DNA of 64,000 bases from Methanolinea sp. (GCA_025453675.1 JALOPW010000002.1:17913-81912); one strand, 5' to 3'. Positions 38,358 to 48,829 are shown, numbered from the stretch's first letter. Numbers and translations: made by a program. Notes: generated by a model from the sequence alone, not told the origin.

Positions 38358-39745
38358 AAGAATACAGAACCATTACCCAGATCGCCGGTCCCCTGGTCTT
38401 TGTAGAGAAGACAGAACCGGTAGGGTACGGTGAACTGGTCAACATCGTGCTCTTTGACGGCTCCATCAAGCGGGGTCAGGTGCTGGATACGAGTGACGAC
38501 CTGGTAGTGGTCCAGGTCTTCGAGACCACCGCAGGGATTGGACGGGACAGCGGGATCCGCTTCACCGGCGAGACCATCAAGATGCCGGTCGGGCGGGATA
38601 TGCTGGGCCGCATCCTCTCCGGAGGGGGGAAACCGATCGATGGCGGGCCCGAGATCGTGCCCGAGAAACGCCTGGACATCACCGGTGCGGCCATCAATCC
38701 CTACGCCAGGGGTTCCCCAAACGACTTTATCCAGACCGGCATCTCCACCATCGACGGGACCAACACCCTTGTCCGTGGGCAGAAACTCCCCATCTTCTCT
38801 GGTGCAGGTCTCCCCCACAACCAGATCGCACTCCAGATTGCAAGGCAGTCCAAGGTTCCCGGGTCGAAGGAGGCCTTCGCCGTGGTCTTTGCGGCCATGG
38901 GGATCACCAAGGAAGAGGCTAACTACTTCATGCAGGACTTCGAGAGGACCGGGGCTCTCGAGCGTGCAGTGGTCTTCCTGAACCTTGCAGATGACCCGGC
39001 CGTGGAGCGGATCATCACACCGCGCCTCGCACTCACCACCGCCGAGTACCTGGCATTCGATCTCGGCATGCACGTGCTCGTCATCCTGACGGACATGACC
39101 AATTACTGCGAGGCGCTCCGGCAGATCGGTGCAGCCCGTGAAGAAGTGCCCGGACGGCGCGGGTATCCCGGGTACATGTATACAGACCTTGCCGGCATCT
39201 ACGAGCGGGCCGGAATCGTGAAGGGAAAACAGGGATCCATCACCCAGTTCCCGATCCTCACCATGCCTGGTGACGATATCACCCACCCCATCCCGGACCT
39301 GACCGGGTATATTACCGAGGGGCAGATCGTGGTCAGCAGGGAACTGCACCGGAAGGGCATCTACCCGCCCATCAACGTGCTGCCATCCCTGTCCCGTCTG
39401 ATGAACCTCGGGATAGGCAAAGGGCATACCCGTGAGGACCACAAGAAGGTCTCTGACCAGATGTACGCCGCCTATGCCGAGGGCAACGACCTTCGCGGCC
39501 TGGTGGCAATCGTGGGGAAGGACGCACTTTCAGAGCGTGACCGGATGTTCCTGGAGTTCGCAGACCTCTTCGAGAACCGGTTTGTCAGGCAGGGATACAG
39601 CGAAGACCGAACCATCGAAGAGACCCTGGATATCGGTTGGAATCTCCTCTCCACGCTGCCGGTTGAGCAGCTGGTGCGTATCGACCGCGACCTGATCAAC
39701 AAGTACCACCCCAAGTTCAGGCAGGCCGGTAAGGCTGAGGGGTAA
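38354..39745 (+). CDS. atpB: A1AO ATP synthase subunit B
   Basis: 463 aa. Typical B-subunit sequence ([15 protein letters not shown]). Confidence 0.97.
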   Translation: MKEYRTITQIAGPLVFVEKTEPVGYGELVNIVLFDGSIKRGQVLDTSDDLVVVQVFETTAGIGRDSGIRFTGETIKMPVGRDMLGRILSGGGKPIDGGPEIVPEKRLDITGAAINPYARGSPNDFIQTGISTIDGTNTLVRGQKLPIFSGAGLPHNQIALQIARQSKVPGSKEAFAVVFAAMGITKEEANYFMQDFERTGALERAVVFLNLADDPAVERIITPRLALTTAEYLAFDLGMHVLVILTDMTNYCEALRQIGAAREEVPGRRGYPGYMYTDLAGIYERAGIVKGKQGSITQFPILTMPGDDITHPIPDLTGYITEGQIVVSRELHRKGIYPPINVLPSLSRLMNLGIGKGHTREDHKKVSDQMYAAYAEGNDLRGLVAIVGKDALSERDRMFLEFADLFENRFVRQGYSEDRTIEETLDIGWNLLSTLPVEQLVRIDRDLINKYHPKFRQAGKAEG

Positions 39746-39751
39746 GGAACC

Positions 39752-40378
39752 ATGGCACTCCGAGACATCAAGCCCACCCGGTCAGAACTGATCAACCTCA
39801 AGAAGAGGATCGCCCTCTCGGAGAGAGGGTACAAGATTCTCAAGATGAAGAGGGACGGGCTTATCCTGGAGTTCTTCAAGGTGCTTGAACAGGCGAAAGA
39901 TACCCGTGATGATCTCCAGGACCGGTATGAAAGAGCCCAGGCCATGATGGCAGTGGCAAACACGGTGGAAGGGGCAATCGGAGTCAAGGCCGCGGCATTT
40001 TCCGTCCAGGAGGTGCCGGATATCAAGCTGGCCAGCAAAAACATCATGGGCGTGGTAGTCCCGGAGATCGAATCCTCGAAAGTGCGAAAAGGCCTTATGG
40101 AGAGGGGATACGGAATACTGGGGACCACCTCGGTCATCGATGAGACCGCACTGTCATTTGAGGAGCTGGTGGAGTCGATCATCCGCAGCGCCGAGGTGGA
40201 GACCACTATGAAGAAACTCCTGGACGAGATAGAGTCCACCAAGCGGCGGGTGAACGCCCTGGAGTTCAAGGTCATCCCCGAGATGACCGCGGCCCGGGAC
40301 TTCATCAAGATGCGTCTTGATGAGATGGAGAGAGAGGAACTCTTCCGCTTGAAGAAGATCAAGGCCAGGAACATGTAA
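39752..40378 (+). CDS. atpD: A1AO ATP synthase subunit D (central stalk)
   Basis: 208 aa. N-terminal IKPTRSELINLKKRI and a C-terminal coiled coil. Confidence 0.93.
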   Translation: MALRDIKPTRSELINLKKRIALSERGYKILKMKRDGLILEFFKVLEQAKDTRDDLQDRYERAQAMMAVANTVEGAIGVKAAAFSVQEVPDIKLASKNIMGVVVPEIESSKVRKGLMERGYGILGTTSVIDETALSFEELVESIIRSAEVETTMKKLLDEIESTKRRVNALEFKVIPEMTAARDFIKMRLDEMEREELFRLKKIKARNM

Positions 40379-40385
40379 CGGGGGG

Positions 40386-41609
40386 ATGATGGTGCCCATC
40401 GGGACCTTAAAAGAGATAAAGCCGGAGGGCAGGACCATACTCCTCCGTCTGGATCTCAACTCCCCCATCGACCCCACCACGAAGCATATACTGGACGACA
40501 AGCGATTCAGGGAGCACATTCCCACCATCCAGGCCCTCTCACAGAGCCGGGTGGTGGTGGTCACCCACCAGAGCAGGCCTGGGAAGAAAGACTTCACCAC
40601 CCTGGAATCGCATGCCGAGAGGCTTGAGGTACTGCTCCAGCGGCGGGTCACGTACGTGGATGACATCTTCGGCCATTGCGCTCGTGACGCAGTTCGCAGC
40701 ATGAAGAATGGGGATGTCCTGGTCCTCGAAAATGTCCGGTTCAACGCCGAAGAGAACCTCACGGTGAAGCCCGAAGAGGCCCAGAAACTGTACCTGGTCA
40801 AAAAACTTGCCCAGATGGGAGACTTTTTTGTGAACGACGCCTTTGGCACCGCTCACCGTTCCCAGCCCACGGTGGTAGGGCTTCCCATGGTCATGCGATC
40901 GGTTGCAGGACTGCTGATGGAGAAGGAAGTCACCACCCTCACGCGAGTCTTCCAGAACGCCCCCCGCCCGGTCTGTATGGTACTCGGCGGGACCAAGGTG
41001 GATGACTCTATCTCTGTCGCCGCACACATGCTGAAAGGGAATACCGCCGATTCTATCATCATGACCGGCGTGGTGGCAAACATCTTTCTCTCTGCTGCAG
41101 GATTCGATATCGGCAAACCCTCCACCCAGTTGATCCAGCAGCTCAAGTACGGAGGGGAGATTACCAGGGCACGGGAGCTCCTCTCATCCTTCAGAGAGAA
41201 GATCCTTTTCCCTGATCACGTGGCAGTCAAGGAGAATGGAAAGAGGGCCGAGTACCCCGTCAGCGCCATTCCCCCTGACGCCCCGGTCATGGACGCAGGC
41301 ATGGACTCGATTGCCGCCCTCTCCGGGACCATCCGGAAATGCGGGACGGTCGTCTTCAATGGGCCTGCAGGGGTCTTCGAGGAGCCGGACTTCGCCACTG
41401 GGACGTACGAGCTCCTGCGGGCGGCATCGAAGGTGGAGTTCTCCATCATCGGCGGCGGCCACACCGCTGCGGTGGTGGAGAAGATGGGAATCGACCGGAA
41501 TTTCACCCACATCTCCACCGGCGGTGGGGCCTGCATAGAGTTCCTGACCGGGAAGAAACTCCCTGCCGTTCTGGCACTGGAGCGATCCCGCGAGCTGTTC
41601 GGGGCGTAA
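40386..41609 (+). CDS. pgk: Phosphoglycerate kinase
   Basis: 407 aa with RLDLNSPI, NDAFGTAHR and GGG.......G motifs. Confidence 0.95.
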   Translation: MMVPIGTLKEIKPEGRTILLRLDLNSPIDPTTKHILDDKRFREHIPTIQALSQSRVVVVTHQSRPGKKDFTTLESHAERLEVLLQRRVTYVDDIFGHCARDAVRSMKNGDVLVLENVRFNAEENLTVKPEEAQKLYLVKKLAQMGDFFVNDAFGTAHRSQPTVVGLPMVMRSVAGLLMEKEVTTLTRVFQNAPRPVCMVLGGTKVDDSISVAAHMLKGNTADSIIMTGVVANIFLSAAGFDIGKPSTQLIQQLKYGGEITRARELLSSFREKILFPDHVAVKENGKRAEYPVSAIPPDAPVMDAGMDSIAALSGTIRKCGTVVFNGPAGVFEEPDFATGTYELLRAASKVEFSIIGGGHTAAVVEKMGIDRNFTHISTGGGACIEFLTGKKLPAVLALERSRELFGA

Positions 41610-41617
41610 AAAATCTG

Positions 41618-41644
41618 TTCCCTTTTTCGAAGGGGAATCTTTTT
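41618..41644 (+). terminator. Imperfect hairpin plus two T5 tracts downstream of pgk
   Basis: TTCCCTT-TTTCG-AAGGGGAA followed by TCTTTTT. It starts 9 nt after the pgk stop. Confidence 0.45.
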
Positions 41645-41754
41645 CTCCCAGATACAACTGAGTGCAATACGCTTCACATTTGCACAATTGCATGTGACGA
41701 GAATATGGTCATCCCAAAGGGTTTTTTATGGTTGAATAAATATTGCGGGTCATA

Positions 41755-42108
41755 ATGAATCCATATACACTCAGGGTGATCGGTTCAGCCTTCCTCATTT
41801 GCGCCTTTGTCGGATTCGGGCATATAAGTGGGTATGGGGCAGGTTTTTCTTCAACAAAAATATCGCCACAATTAAGTGAAAAAATGGCAACATTTCAAAA
41901 CCCGGTATCAACGGATACAAATATCATCAATTCACTATCTGGCATAAAATCACTGATGGAACAGCCTGGAACACTTGGCGCCTTGATTTCCCTGCGCCAA
42001 ACTCGCGGCCTTATCTATGCATGCACCCCTGTTGACGGTGGGGGCATATTTTGTAAATGGGTGTATCCTGATCCCGAACTCAGGGGTGATCAGTTGCGGG
42101 GTTTGTGA
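41755..42108 (+). CDS. Small hypothetical secreted protein
   Basis: MNPYTLRVIGSAFLICAFVGFG is signal-like. The gene is AT-rich relative to its surroundings. No recognisable family. The ORF track starts at TTG 41743. Confidence 0.4.
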   Translation: MNPYTLRVIGSAFLICAFVGFGHISGYGAGFSSTKISPQLSEKMATFQNPVSTDTNIINSLSGIKSLMEQPGTLGALISLRQTRGLIYACTPVDGGGIFCKWVYPDPELRGDQLRGL

Positions 42109-42122
42109 GATAAGATACAATA

Positions 42123-42357
42123 CCGCACTCCCCTTCGACGCTCCAGGGGCTCCGCTCCGCCGCTGAGGCTACCCCCCAATGCGATACCCCGAGTGCTGGG
42201 AACAAGTGTATGAGTGAAGAGAGCACCAGAAAACCCTGCCCAAAGGCTATCGCGTGTAAGGGGGAGGGAACGGGAGGGGGATTCTCCCCCTCCCGTCTAA
42301 GGATGAATATTTCACAAATTTGAGAGACAGGAGGGTCGGAAATGAAGCGACCGCCAG
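42123..42357 (+). repeat. Copy of the 3' module of the dispersed intergenic repeat, with a perfect 11-bp G/C hairpin
   Basis: CCGCACTCCCCTTCGACGCTCCAGGGGCTCCGC..CCCCCCAATGCGATACCCCGAGTGCTGGGAACAAG..CGGGAGGGGGATTCTCCCCCTCCCGTCT..GCGACCGCCAG is collinear with 5768-5985. Confidence 0.8.
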
Positions 42358-42450
42358 CACGCCCTGGGCTAAGGGCCTAATTCTTCGATAGAGTCAAAAG
42401 CCGTTGCCCTCTTACGGAAAAAAACAAAAAATTGAAGATCGGAGGTAGGA

Positions 42451-42924
42451 CTATTCCTCAACCGGTGCGGGCCGTGATGCCTGGGGTGGACGGGTGGAAT
42501 GCGTCTTCCTCCCCTGGACAGGCAGGTGAAAGGCGCGCAGCAGATTTCCCGGCTTCATCATGGCTCCTATCGCCGATGGGCTCCCGCTCCCCTTGTTCTT
42601 GGCTCGCATCAGGTTGTAGGTGGCTCCTGAGAATATCAACGCAGTGACCATGAAGAGGATCAGCCCGAACAGGGTGGCAATACCCGCAACGGTCAGGACC
42701 CTGGTCCCGGGGATGAGCATCCCCGCACCGGCGAGGTACATGGCCCAATAGAACGCAACCGCATACCTGGTGAATTCCTCCGGGCTCCAGATGCTCCGCT
42801 CCCTCTCCTCCTCATTCTCAACCGGGAACCTGTCGATGAGCATCCCCATGTGCAAGAGTATGAGACTGGAGAACAGGGAGAATATTCCCCCGAATATTAC
42901 GCCAAAGAACAGTATCTCATTCAC
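42451..42924 (-). CDS. Hypothetical membrane protein (about 4 TM) with a basic/Pro-rich tail
   Basis: 157-aa ORF with four hydrophobic segments. No family recognised. Confidence 0.5.
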   Translation of the reverse strand: MNEILFFGVIFGGIFSLFSSLILLHMGMLIDRFPVENEEERERSIWSPEEFTRYAVAFYWAMYLAGAGMLIPGTRVLTVAGIATLFGLILFMVTALIFSGATYNLMRAKNKGSGSPSAIGAMMKPGNLLRAFHLPVQGRKTHSTRPPQASRPAPVEE

Positions 42925-43078
42925 GGATTTCTGCCTCCACTACATTTTCATGGCCGGCGTTCCTATTTAAAGTATTCTTTATGTAATACTTATGGAAATT
43001 TGAGAGGAGACCGTATTCTATAAGTAATTCATTCGCTTTCGTAGCTTTTTTATACGAAGGAACTCCATTTCATTAGGA

Positions 43079-43387
43079 ATGGTAGATAGGGGAAATAACA
43101 AAAGGGGAGAGCGGGTGGCCGTTTCTTATAAAATGCCCCCAAATATCTACGAGAAAGTGAATCGACTCGTATACGAGGAGAAAAAATTTTCGACGGTCTC
43201 GGACTGCATTACCCAAGCATTAATATATTTCGTTGACAATCAGAACGATGTGGGACAGTTCAAAGAAAACCTCCATGAGTACCTGGCTTCTGATGAAGGG
43301 AAGGATTTCATGAAGCAGATAATGAAAGATCTCCTGGTCGATGTACTGACTGCCCAGCAGAAGATCGCAGCTGAAGAGCGAAGGTAA
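43079..43387 (+). CDS. Ribbon-helix-helix (CopG/Arc-like) DNA-binding protein, putative
   Basis: RVAVSYKMPPNIYEKVNRLVYEEKKFSTVSDCITQALIYF fits the beta-strand/helix/helix RHH pattern. AT-rich gene. Confidence 0.5.
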   Translation: MVDRGNNKRGERVAVSYKMPPNIYEKVNRLVYEEKKFSTVSDCITQALIYFVDNQNDVGQFKENLHEYLASDEGKDFMKQIMKDLLVDVLTAQQKIAAEERR

Positions 43388-43580
43388 TACCTAAAGATTT
43401 CATTCATCATCACCCTGTCCTTCAAATGATTTTTCCGCACCAGGTAATCGTGTATTTCAACCTGGGTGCTGGTGTCCGCGTATTCCTGCGGGCATGAATC
43501 TGACATACCACACGGGGTTCCATGCGGTCCTTATACGGGAGAAGAATATTCTTGTGCCATTCCGAACAATTCCTCTCCTC

Positions 43581-45254
43581 ATGGAAGATCCATCCTCCCC
43601 TGAAGATCTCATCGAACCAGCTCTCGGTCACATACCGGCTGACACGGTTTTCACCAACGCCTGTATCTATGATCCCTTCACCTGCGGCTGGATTGAGACG
43701 GATCTTGCGGTGGCATCCGGAAGGGTTGTCGGCCTTGGCAGCCATTACAGGGGCAGGAATACCTGCGACCTGAAAGGGAGGAGAGTGGTGCCCGGCCTGA
43801 TCGATGCCCATGTACATATCGAGAGTTCCCTCCTGGCGCCGGCAGAGTATGCACAGGTGGTGGCCATGCATGGCACCACTACTGTGATAGCAGATCCCCA
43901 TGAAATTGCCAATGTCTGCGGAGAGGAGGGGCTCGAATTTATGCTGAAAGAGCGAGAGGGGCTCCCCGTGGACATATTCATCATGCTCCCCTCATGCGTC
44001 CCGGCGACTCCGCTTGACCGCGGTGGAGCAGAACTATCCGCAAAGGACCTGCTACGGTTCATCGGCCGGAAAGGAGTGCTCGGCCTGGGAGAGGTGATGA
44101 ACGTCCCGGGAGTGCTGAAGCACGACCCCGAAGTATGGGAGAAACTATCCCTTTTTACTCTCAGAGACGGCCATGCGCCGCTCCTCTCGGGTCCTGAACT
44201 CAATGCCTACATCTGTGCCGGGATACAGAGCGATCACGAGTGCACCCGGAGGGAGGAGGCCGGGGAGAAACTGATCAGGGGCATGTTCATATTTATCAGG
44301 GAAGGTTCTACAGAGAAAAACCTCCATGAGCTCATCACCCTGGCGAACCCCTGTACCGCTCCGCGAATGGCGTTTGCCACCGACGACCGCCATGCGGACA
44401 TGCTCGTTCATGAAGGGCATATAGACGATTGCATCAGGAAATCACTCCAATATGGCCTTGATCTCGAGACTGCCCTTCGCATGGCAACCCTCTCCGCGGC
44501 AGACCGGTTCTGCCTGATTGACAGGGGTGCACTGGCCCCCGGAAGGCAGGCGGATTTCTGCGTGCTGGAAACGGGGAAACCTTTCATTGTCGACAGAACC
44601 TTTAAATCCGGAACCCTGGTCAATCCAGCGAGCAGGAGAAAACCACGAATCATTGCATCGCCCATGATAGCCAGAATCCCGACACCGGGAGACCTGTCGA
44701 TCAGGGGAACCGGGAAGGCCCGGGTAATCGGGGTTGTACCTCATCAGATCCTGACTGATAACCTGGAATATGAGGTGGACAGTGCGGGGATCCCGGACCT
44801 GGACCGGGATATTCTGAAGGTGGTGGTCTGCAGTCGCTACCGTGAGGGGATAAGGGGCCTCGGACTCGTGCATGGTTTTGGCCTGGAGAGGGGTGCAATA
44901 GCAGGGAGTGTCTCCCACGATGCACACAACCTTGTGGCGGTGGGAGCAGATGACAGGGCTATCAGGGATGTCCTTGCCGGGATCGTCCAGGCAGGAGGCG
45001 GCATGGCGGTGGCAGGTCCCGGGAGCCTCGACCTGCTTCCCCTGGACTGTGCCGGCCTGATGTCCTCGCTCCCGGCCGAGGACGTGGCAGAAAGGCTGCA
45101 TACGCTGAATACCAGGGCAGAGGAACTGGGGGCAATCCCAGGAGCGTTCATGTACTTATCGTTCCTGGCTCTCACCGTGATACCCCATCTCCGGATCACT
45201 GAAAGGGGGATGTTCGATGCAGACACGTTCCAGGATGTCCCACTCTTCATGTGA
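43581..45254 (+). CDS. ade: Adenine deaminase
   Basis: ADTVFTNACIYD....W...DLAVASGRVVGLG, then VPGLIDAHVHIESS and TVIADPHEIANV. The ORF is open from ATG 43494, but ATG 43581 matches the family N-terminal length better. Confidence 0.88.
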   Translation: MEDPSSPEDLIEPALGHIPADTVFTNACIYDPFTCGWIETDLAVASGRVVGLGSHYRGRNTCDLKGRRVVPGLIDAHVHIESSLLAPAEYAQVVAMHGTTTVIADPHEIANVCGEEGLEFMLKEREGLPVDIFIMLPSCVPATPLDRGGAELSAKDLLRFIGRKGVLGLGEVMNVPGVLKHDPEVWEKLSLFTLRDGHAPLLSGPELNAYICAGIQSDHECTRREEAGEKLIRGMFIFIREGSTEKNLHELITLANPCTAPRMAFATDDRHADMLVHEGHIDDCIRKSLQYGLDLETALRMATLSAADRFCLIDRGALAPGRQADFCVLETGKPFIVDRTFKSGTLVNPASRRKPRIIASPMIARIPTPGDLSIRGTGKARVIGVVPHQILTDNLEYEVDSAGIPDLDRDILKVVVCSRYREGIRGLGLVHGFGLERGAIAGSVSHDAHNLVAVGADDRAIRDVLAGIVQAGGGMAVAGPGSLDLLPLDCAGLMSSLPAEDVAERLHTLNTRAEELGAIPGAFMYLSFLALTVIPHLRITERGMFDADTFQDVPLFM

Positions 45255-45399
45255 GGAGGCAGAATCAACTCCTGCTTGACATGGGTGCATTGTCCCGTCA
45301 GCGGAGAAAAAATGAAAATATTGCCGGTCTCAATGAAAGGATTAAGTAAATAGAGTAGAAAAGGTGTTCTAGGCAAGGGGATTCATTACCGGGGACACC

Positions 45400-46728
45400 A
45401 TGATATCGATTCTTTTTATCGATGACGAACCGGCCCTCCTGGAGATCACCCGGCTCTTCCTGGAGCGGTCCGGCGAGCTCAGGGTGGAGACCTGCAGGTC
45501 CGCCCTGGAAGCACTGGATCTTTTAAAATCCCGATCATTCGATGTGATAGTCTCCGACTACGAGATGCCCATGATGGATGGAATCGTCCTCCTCAAGATC
45601 CTCCGTGCAGAAGGAGATATCACCCCATTCATCATCTTTACCGGCAAGGGGAGAGAACACGTGGTGGTGGAGGCCTTAAACAACCGGGCAGACTTTTACC
45701 TCTCCAAGGGCCAGGATCCCAAAGCGCAGTTTGCAGAGCTGGACCGGATGATCCGGCAGGCCATCAATCGCAGGGCTGCAGAAGAGTCAATCCGCCTCGC
45801 TGACCGCAGGATGGTGGATATCATCAACCACCTCCCTGATGCAACTTTTGCAATAGACAGGGAGGGAAAGGTGATCTCCTGGAACAAAGCCATGGAAGAT
45901 CTGACCGGACTACCTGCAGAAGAGATGATAGGCAAGGGCAATTACGAGTACGCCCTCCCCTTCTATGGCACAAAAAGACCCCTCCTGATTGATCTGATCA
46001 ACAGTTCCGAAGACGAGATACGTGCGCTCTCCTACCAGAATATCCGGAAAGACGGCAATTCCCTCATCGCTGAAAACCCAACCGGGAAACGAAACGGTAA
46101 ACCTGCGGTCCTCTGGTCAAGATCTACACTGATCACTGACCGGAAGGGCAATGTCATCGGGGCTATCGAGTCCATACGTGACATTACAGATATCCGTAAA
46201 GTGGAGGGTGAGCAAAAAGCCCAGATAGCCAGAGAAAAAGAGACGGGGATGTTCGACCGTATCTTCGGGAAATCTACTGCCAGCTGGTACAAAAAAGGAG
46301 TGGACCTCTACTACAAGCAGGGAAAATTCCAGGATGCAATCGAATGTTTCGACCGGGTTATCGAGATGGACCCCTCCCACGTCGAGGCGTGGAGAGAGAA
46401 AGGGATATGTTTGAAAGAGCTTGGGCGGTATGAAGAGGCATTGCAGTGTTTCAACCGTGCCCTGGAGTTGAACGGAAAGAGCCCTGACGCATACTATGCC
46501 AAAGGAGAGACCCTGGAGAAGCTCGGGAAAGAGAACGGCGATTTCTCCCTCTTTGAACAGGCAATCGCCTGTTTCGACACGGTCCTGCAGAAAGAACCGG
46601 ACAATGTGAATGCCTGGAACTACCGTGGCGTCTGCCTTAAGGAACTTGGAAAATCCGAAGAAGCCCGGCGCTCTTTTGATAAAGCGCAGACCATATTGCG
46701 TATGAATACCCAGAAAACCCACCGCTGA
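45400..46728 (+). CDS. Response regulator: receiver + PAS + TPR repeats (no DNA-binding domain)
   Basis: ILFIDDEP...VIVSDYEMPMMDG...TGKG (REC), a PAS-like segment (PDATFAIDREGKVISWNKAMEDLTG), and at least 3 TPR units (AWREKGICLKELGRYEEALQCFNRALEL...). Confidence 0.88.
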   Translation: MISILFIDDEPALLEITRLFLERSGELRVETCRSALEALDLLKSRSFDVIVSDYEMPMMDGIVLLKILRAEGDITPFIIFTGKGREHVVVEALNNRADFYLSKGQDPKAQFAELDRMIRQAINRRAAEESIRLADRRMVDIINHLPDATFAIDREGKVISWNKAMEDLTGLPAEEMIGKGNYEYALPFYGTKRPLLIDLINSSEDEIRALSYQNIRKDGNSLIAENPTGKRNGKPAVLWSRSTLITDRKGNVIGAIESIRDITDIRKVEGEQKAQIAREKETGMFDRIFGKSTASWYKKGVDLYYKQGKFQDAIECFDRVIEMDPSHVEAWREKGICLKELGRYEEALQCFNRALELNGKSPDAYYAKGETLEKLGKENGDFSLFEQAIACFDTVLQKEPDNVNAWNYRGVCLKELGKSEEARRSFDKAQTILRMNTQKTHR

Positions 46729-46770
46729 TCCGCCATTTTTCCCGAATGAAACTGGCTGCGCCATTTTAAC

Positions 46771-46815
46771 ATGAAAATCGCATCCGCGGTTTTCATCAGG
46801 AGGGTTCTGTGAACG
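46771..46815. repeat. 45-nt hairpin-containing motif, copy 1 (second copy at 55407-55451)
   Basis: ATGAAAATCGC-ATCC-GCGGTTTTCAT followed by CAGGAGGGTTCTGTGAACG. An 11-bp stem with one T:G position. Lies 43 nt after the response-regulator stop. Confidence 0.7.
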
Positions 46816-46970
46816 TAAGTTATCATGAGCGTTTCATGAATGTGTATGCATGTGTCTCGAAGCGAATCATATGGATTTTCCATCGACACTCCCTCACTGA
46901 TTCCTCTTTTTGAGAGATACCTCATATTTAAAAGGGAAAAGGGCAATATCATGGTGAACGTGAGCATGCA

Positions 46971-48818
46971 ATGAACCGGGAGAGCACTTCAGATGTGGCC
47001 ATAAGCCCCAGAATTCAGGTGATCCTCCTCGTTTTGGTCACGGGTATTGTATTCGTTGCCTATATCGCAGGGACCTTTCTTGGCCTCTCAGTCATCACCA
47101 CTTTCCTTTTTTACTTCCCCATTATACTGGCTGCCTACTGGTTTCCCCGCCGTGGTGTGCTCTTCTCGGTGGCAGTGGGGATAATGGAAGTATTCTTTAT
47201 CTACCTCTACCAGTACCCAAGCCTCCCTGATATCACCTTTGCAGTCACCACTGCAAGTTTTTACGTGCTTGTGGCCATCGCGGTAGTCATCTCCTCTCTC
47301 TCCGGTGGGCTCAAAGAGAGGGAAGCACGTTACCGGGGGATCTTTCACAGTTCAGAAGCAGGAATATTTCTGGTCCAGAACGGTGATTCGGACCTGCGGA
47401 TAGAAGAAGTCAACCCCCGGGGGGGCGCCATCCTGGGTTGCCATGCCGCGGACCTCAAAGGAGAGAGTCTTGCACTCTTCTGGAAAGACGAGCATACAAA
47501 AAACTCCCTCATGCAGGCCATGGGAGAGGGGGGTCCCGTTCCGCAGATGGAGAGCGTGATGACCAGGACGAATGGGGCGAATGTCCCTGTCCTCATCTCC
47601 GGATCCAGGCTTCCTGGAAGGATGATGGTTCTCACAGTGATAGATATCTCTGCCCGAAAAGCGCAGGAAGAGGAGTTAAAGGCCCGGAACCAGCAGCTCT
47701 CCACCATCAACCGGGTGATTGCGGAGGCTTCCGCCGCCACGGGGGTGGAAGGGATGGGCCAGAGAGTACTCGTGAATATGTCGGAATACCTGGGATGCGA
47801 ATTCGGGGGAATCTCCCTGTATGAAGAGGGATCATCCCGTATCAGCAGCCGGGTTCACCATGGTAATGATGTCCTTTTTCAGAACCTCATGGATTCTGAT
47901 GAGGAATCCGCCATAGAATGGAAGACGGCCATACGGGAAGGGAAGCCCCTTGCATGGAGAGGAGCGCCCGGACTCTGTGGCGATGTTCCGCATGCAGGAA
48001 TCGTAGTCCCGCTGAAAAGCGGAAATGGGGTTCTTGGGGTCATGTATTTCCTCTCCTGCGGCGGTTGGATATGTTCAAAGGACCAGCAACAGACTGTAGA
48101 ATCCCTGGCAACGGAGATTGGGACCGCCGTGACCCGCCTGATGCTCGCCCAGAGGATTGTGGAGACCAATCAGCAGGCAAATCTCTACCTGGATATCCTT
48201 ATGCATGATATCAATAACGCCAACCTGGCCTCGCTCTGGTATGGGGATCTCCTCCAGGAGATGCTCAACGGTGAAGAGAGGGTTATGGCCAGGAAGATGA
48301 TCGAGGGAATCCGAAAGAGCAGGGAGATCATCCATAACCTTGAAACCATCAGGAAGATCCAGGTGCGGAAGAACGAACTAAAGTCAATCAGCCTGGATAC
48401 TGCTATCCTGAAAGAAATTCGTCTCTTTCCCGATGCACATATCGAGTATCAGCCAGGCGGGGTACATGTGTGGGCCGATGATCTCCTTGGCGAGATATTC
48501 AACAACCTCATTGGAAACAGCATCAAGTTTGGTGGTCCCGTAGTAAAGGTCACCATATCAGTTGACACGACAGAGCCGGAGACGGTGAAAGTATCTGTCT
48601 CTGATACAGGCCCTGGAATTCCTGATGACCTGAAAAAAGTGATATTCAGGCGGTTCACACAGGCGGACCAGCAGAATTCCGGCAAGGGGCTGGGGCTCTA
48701 CATCGTAAAGACCCTTCTCGAACGATATGGAGGAGCGATATCGGTTGCCGACCGTATCCCCGGAGACCATTCACAGGGGGCGGTCTTTTACATGACCCTT
48801 CAACGCGCACATCCCTGA
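46971..48818 (+). CDS. Membrane sensor histidine kinase (TM region + PAS + GAF + HisKA + HATPase_c)
   Basis: N-terminal 4-5 TM segments, H-box LDILMHDINNANLA, N-box EIFNNLIGNSIKF, G1 DTGPGIP, G2 GKGLGLYIV. Confidence 0.9.
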   Translation: MNRESTSDVAISPRIQVILLVLVTGIVFVAYIAGTFLGLSVITTFLFYFPIILAAYWFPRRGVLFSVAVGIMEVFFIYLYQYPSLPDITFAVTTASFYVLVAIAVVISSLSGGLKEREARYRGIFHSSEAGIFLVQNGDSDLRIEEVNPRGGAILGCHAADLKGESLALFWKDEHTKNSLMQAMGEGGPVPQMESVMTRTNGANVPVLISGSRLPGRMMVLTVIDISARKAQEEELKARNQQLSTINRVIAEASAATGVEGMGQRVLVNMSEYLGCEFGGISLYEEGSSRISSRVHHGNDVLFQNLMDSDEESAIEWKTAIREGKPLAWRGAPGLCGDVPHAGIVVPLKSGNGVLGVMYFLSCGGWICSKDQQQTVESLATEIGTAVTRLMLAQRIVETNQQANLYLDILMHDINNANLASLWYGDLLQEMLNGEERVMARKMIEGIRKSREIIHNLETIRKIQVRKNELKSISLDTAILKEIRLFPDAHIEYQPGGVHVWADDLLGEIFNNLIGNSIKFGGPVVKVTISVDTTEPETVKVSVSDTGPGIPDDLKKVIFRRFTQADQQNSGKGLGLYIVKTLLERYGGAISVADRIPGDHSQGAVFYMTLQRAHP

Positions 48819-48829
48819 ACGCATCCCTC

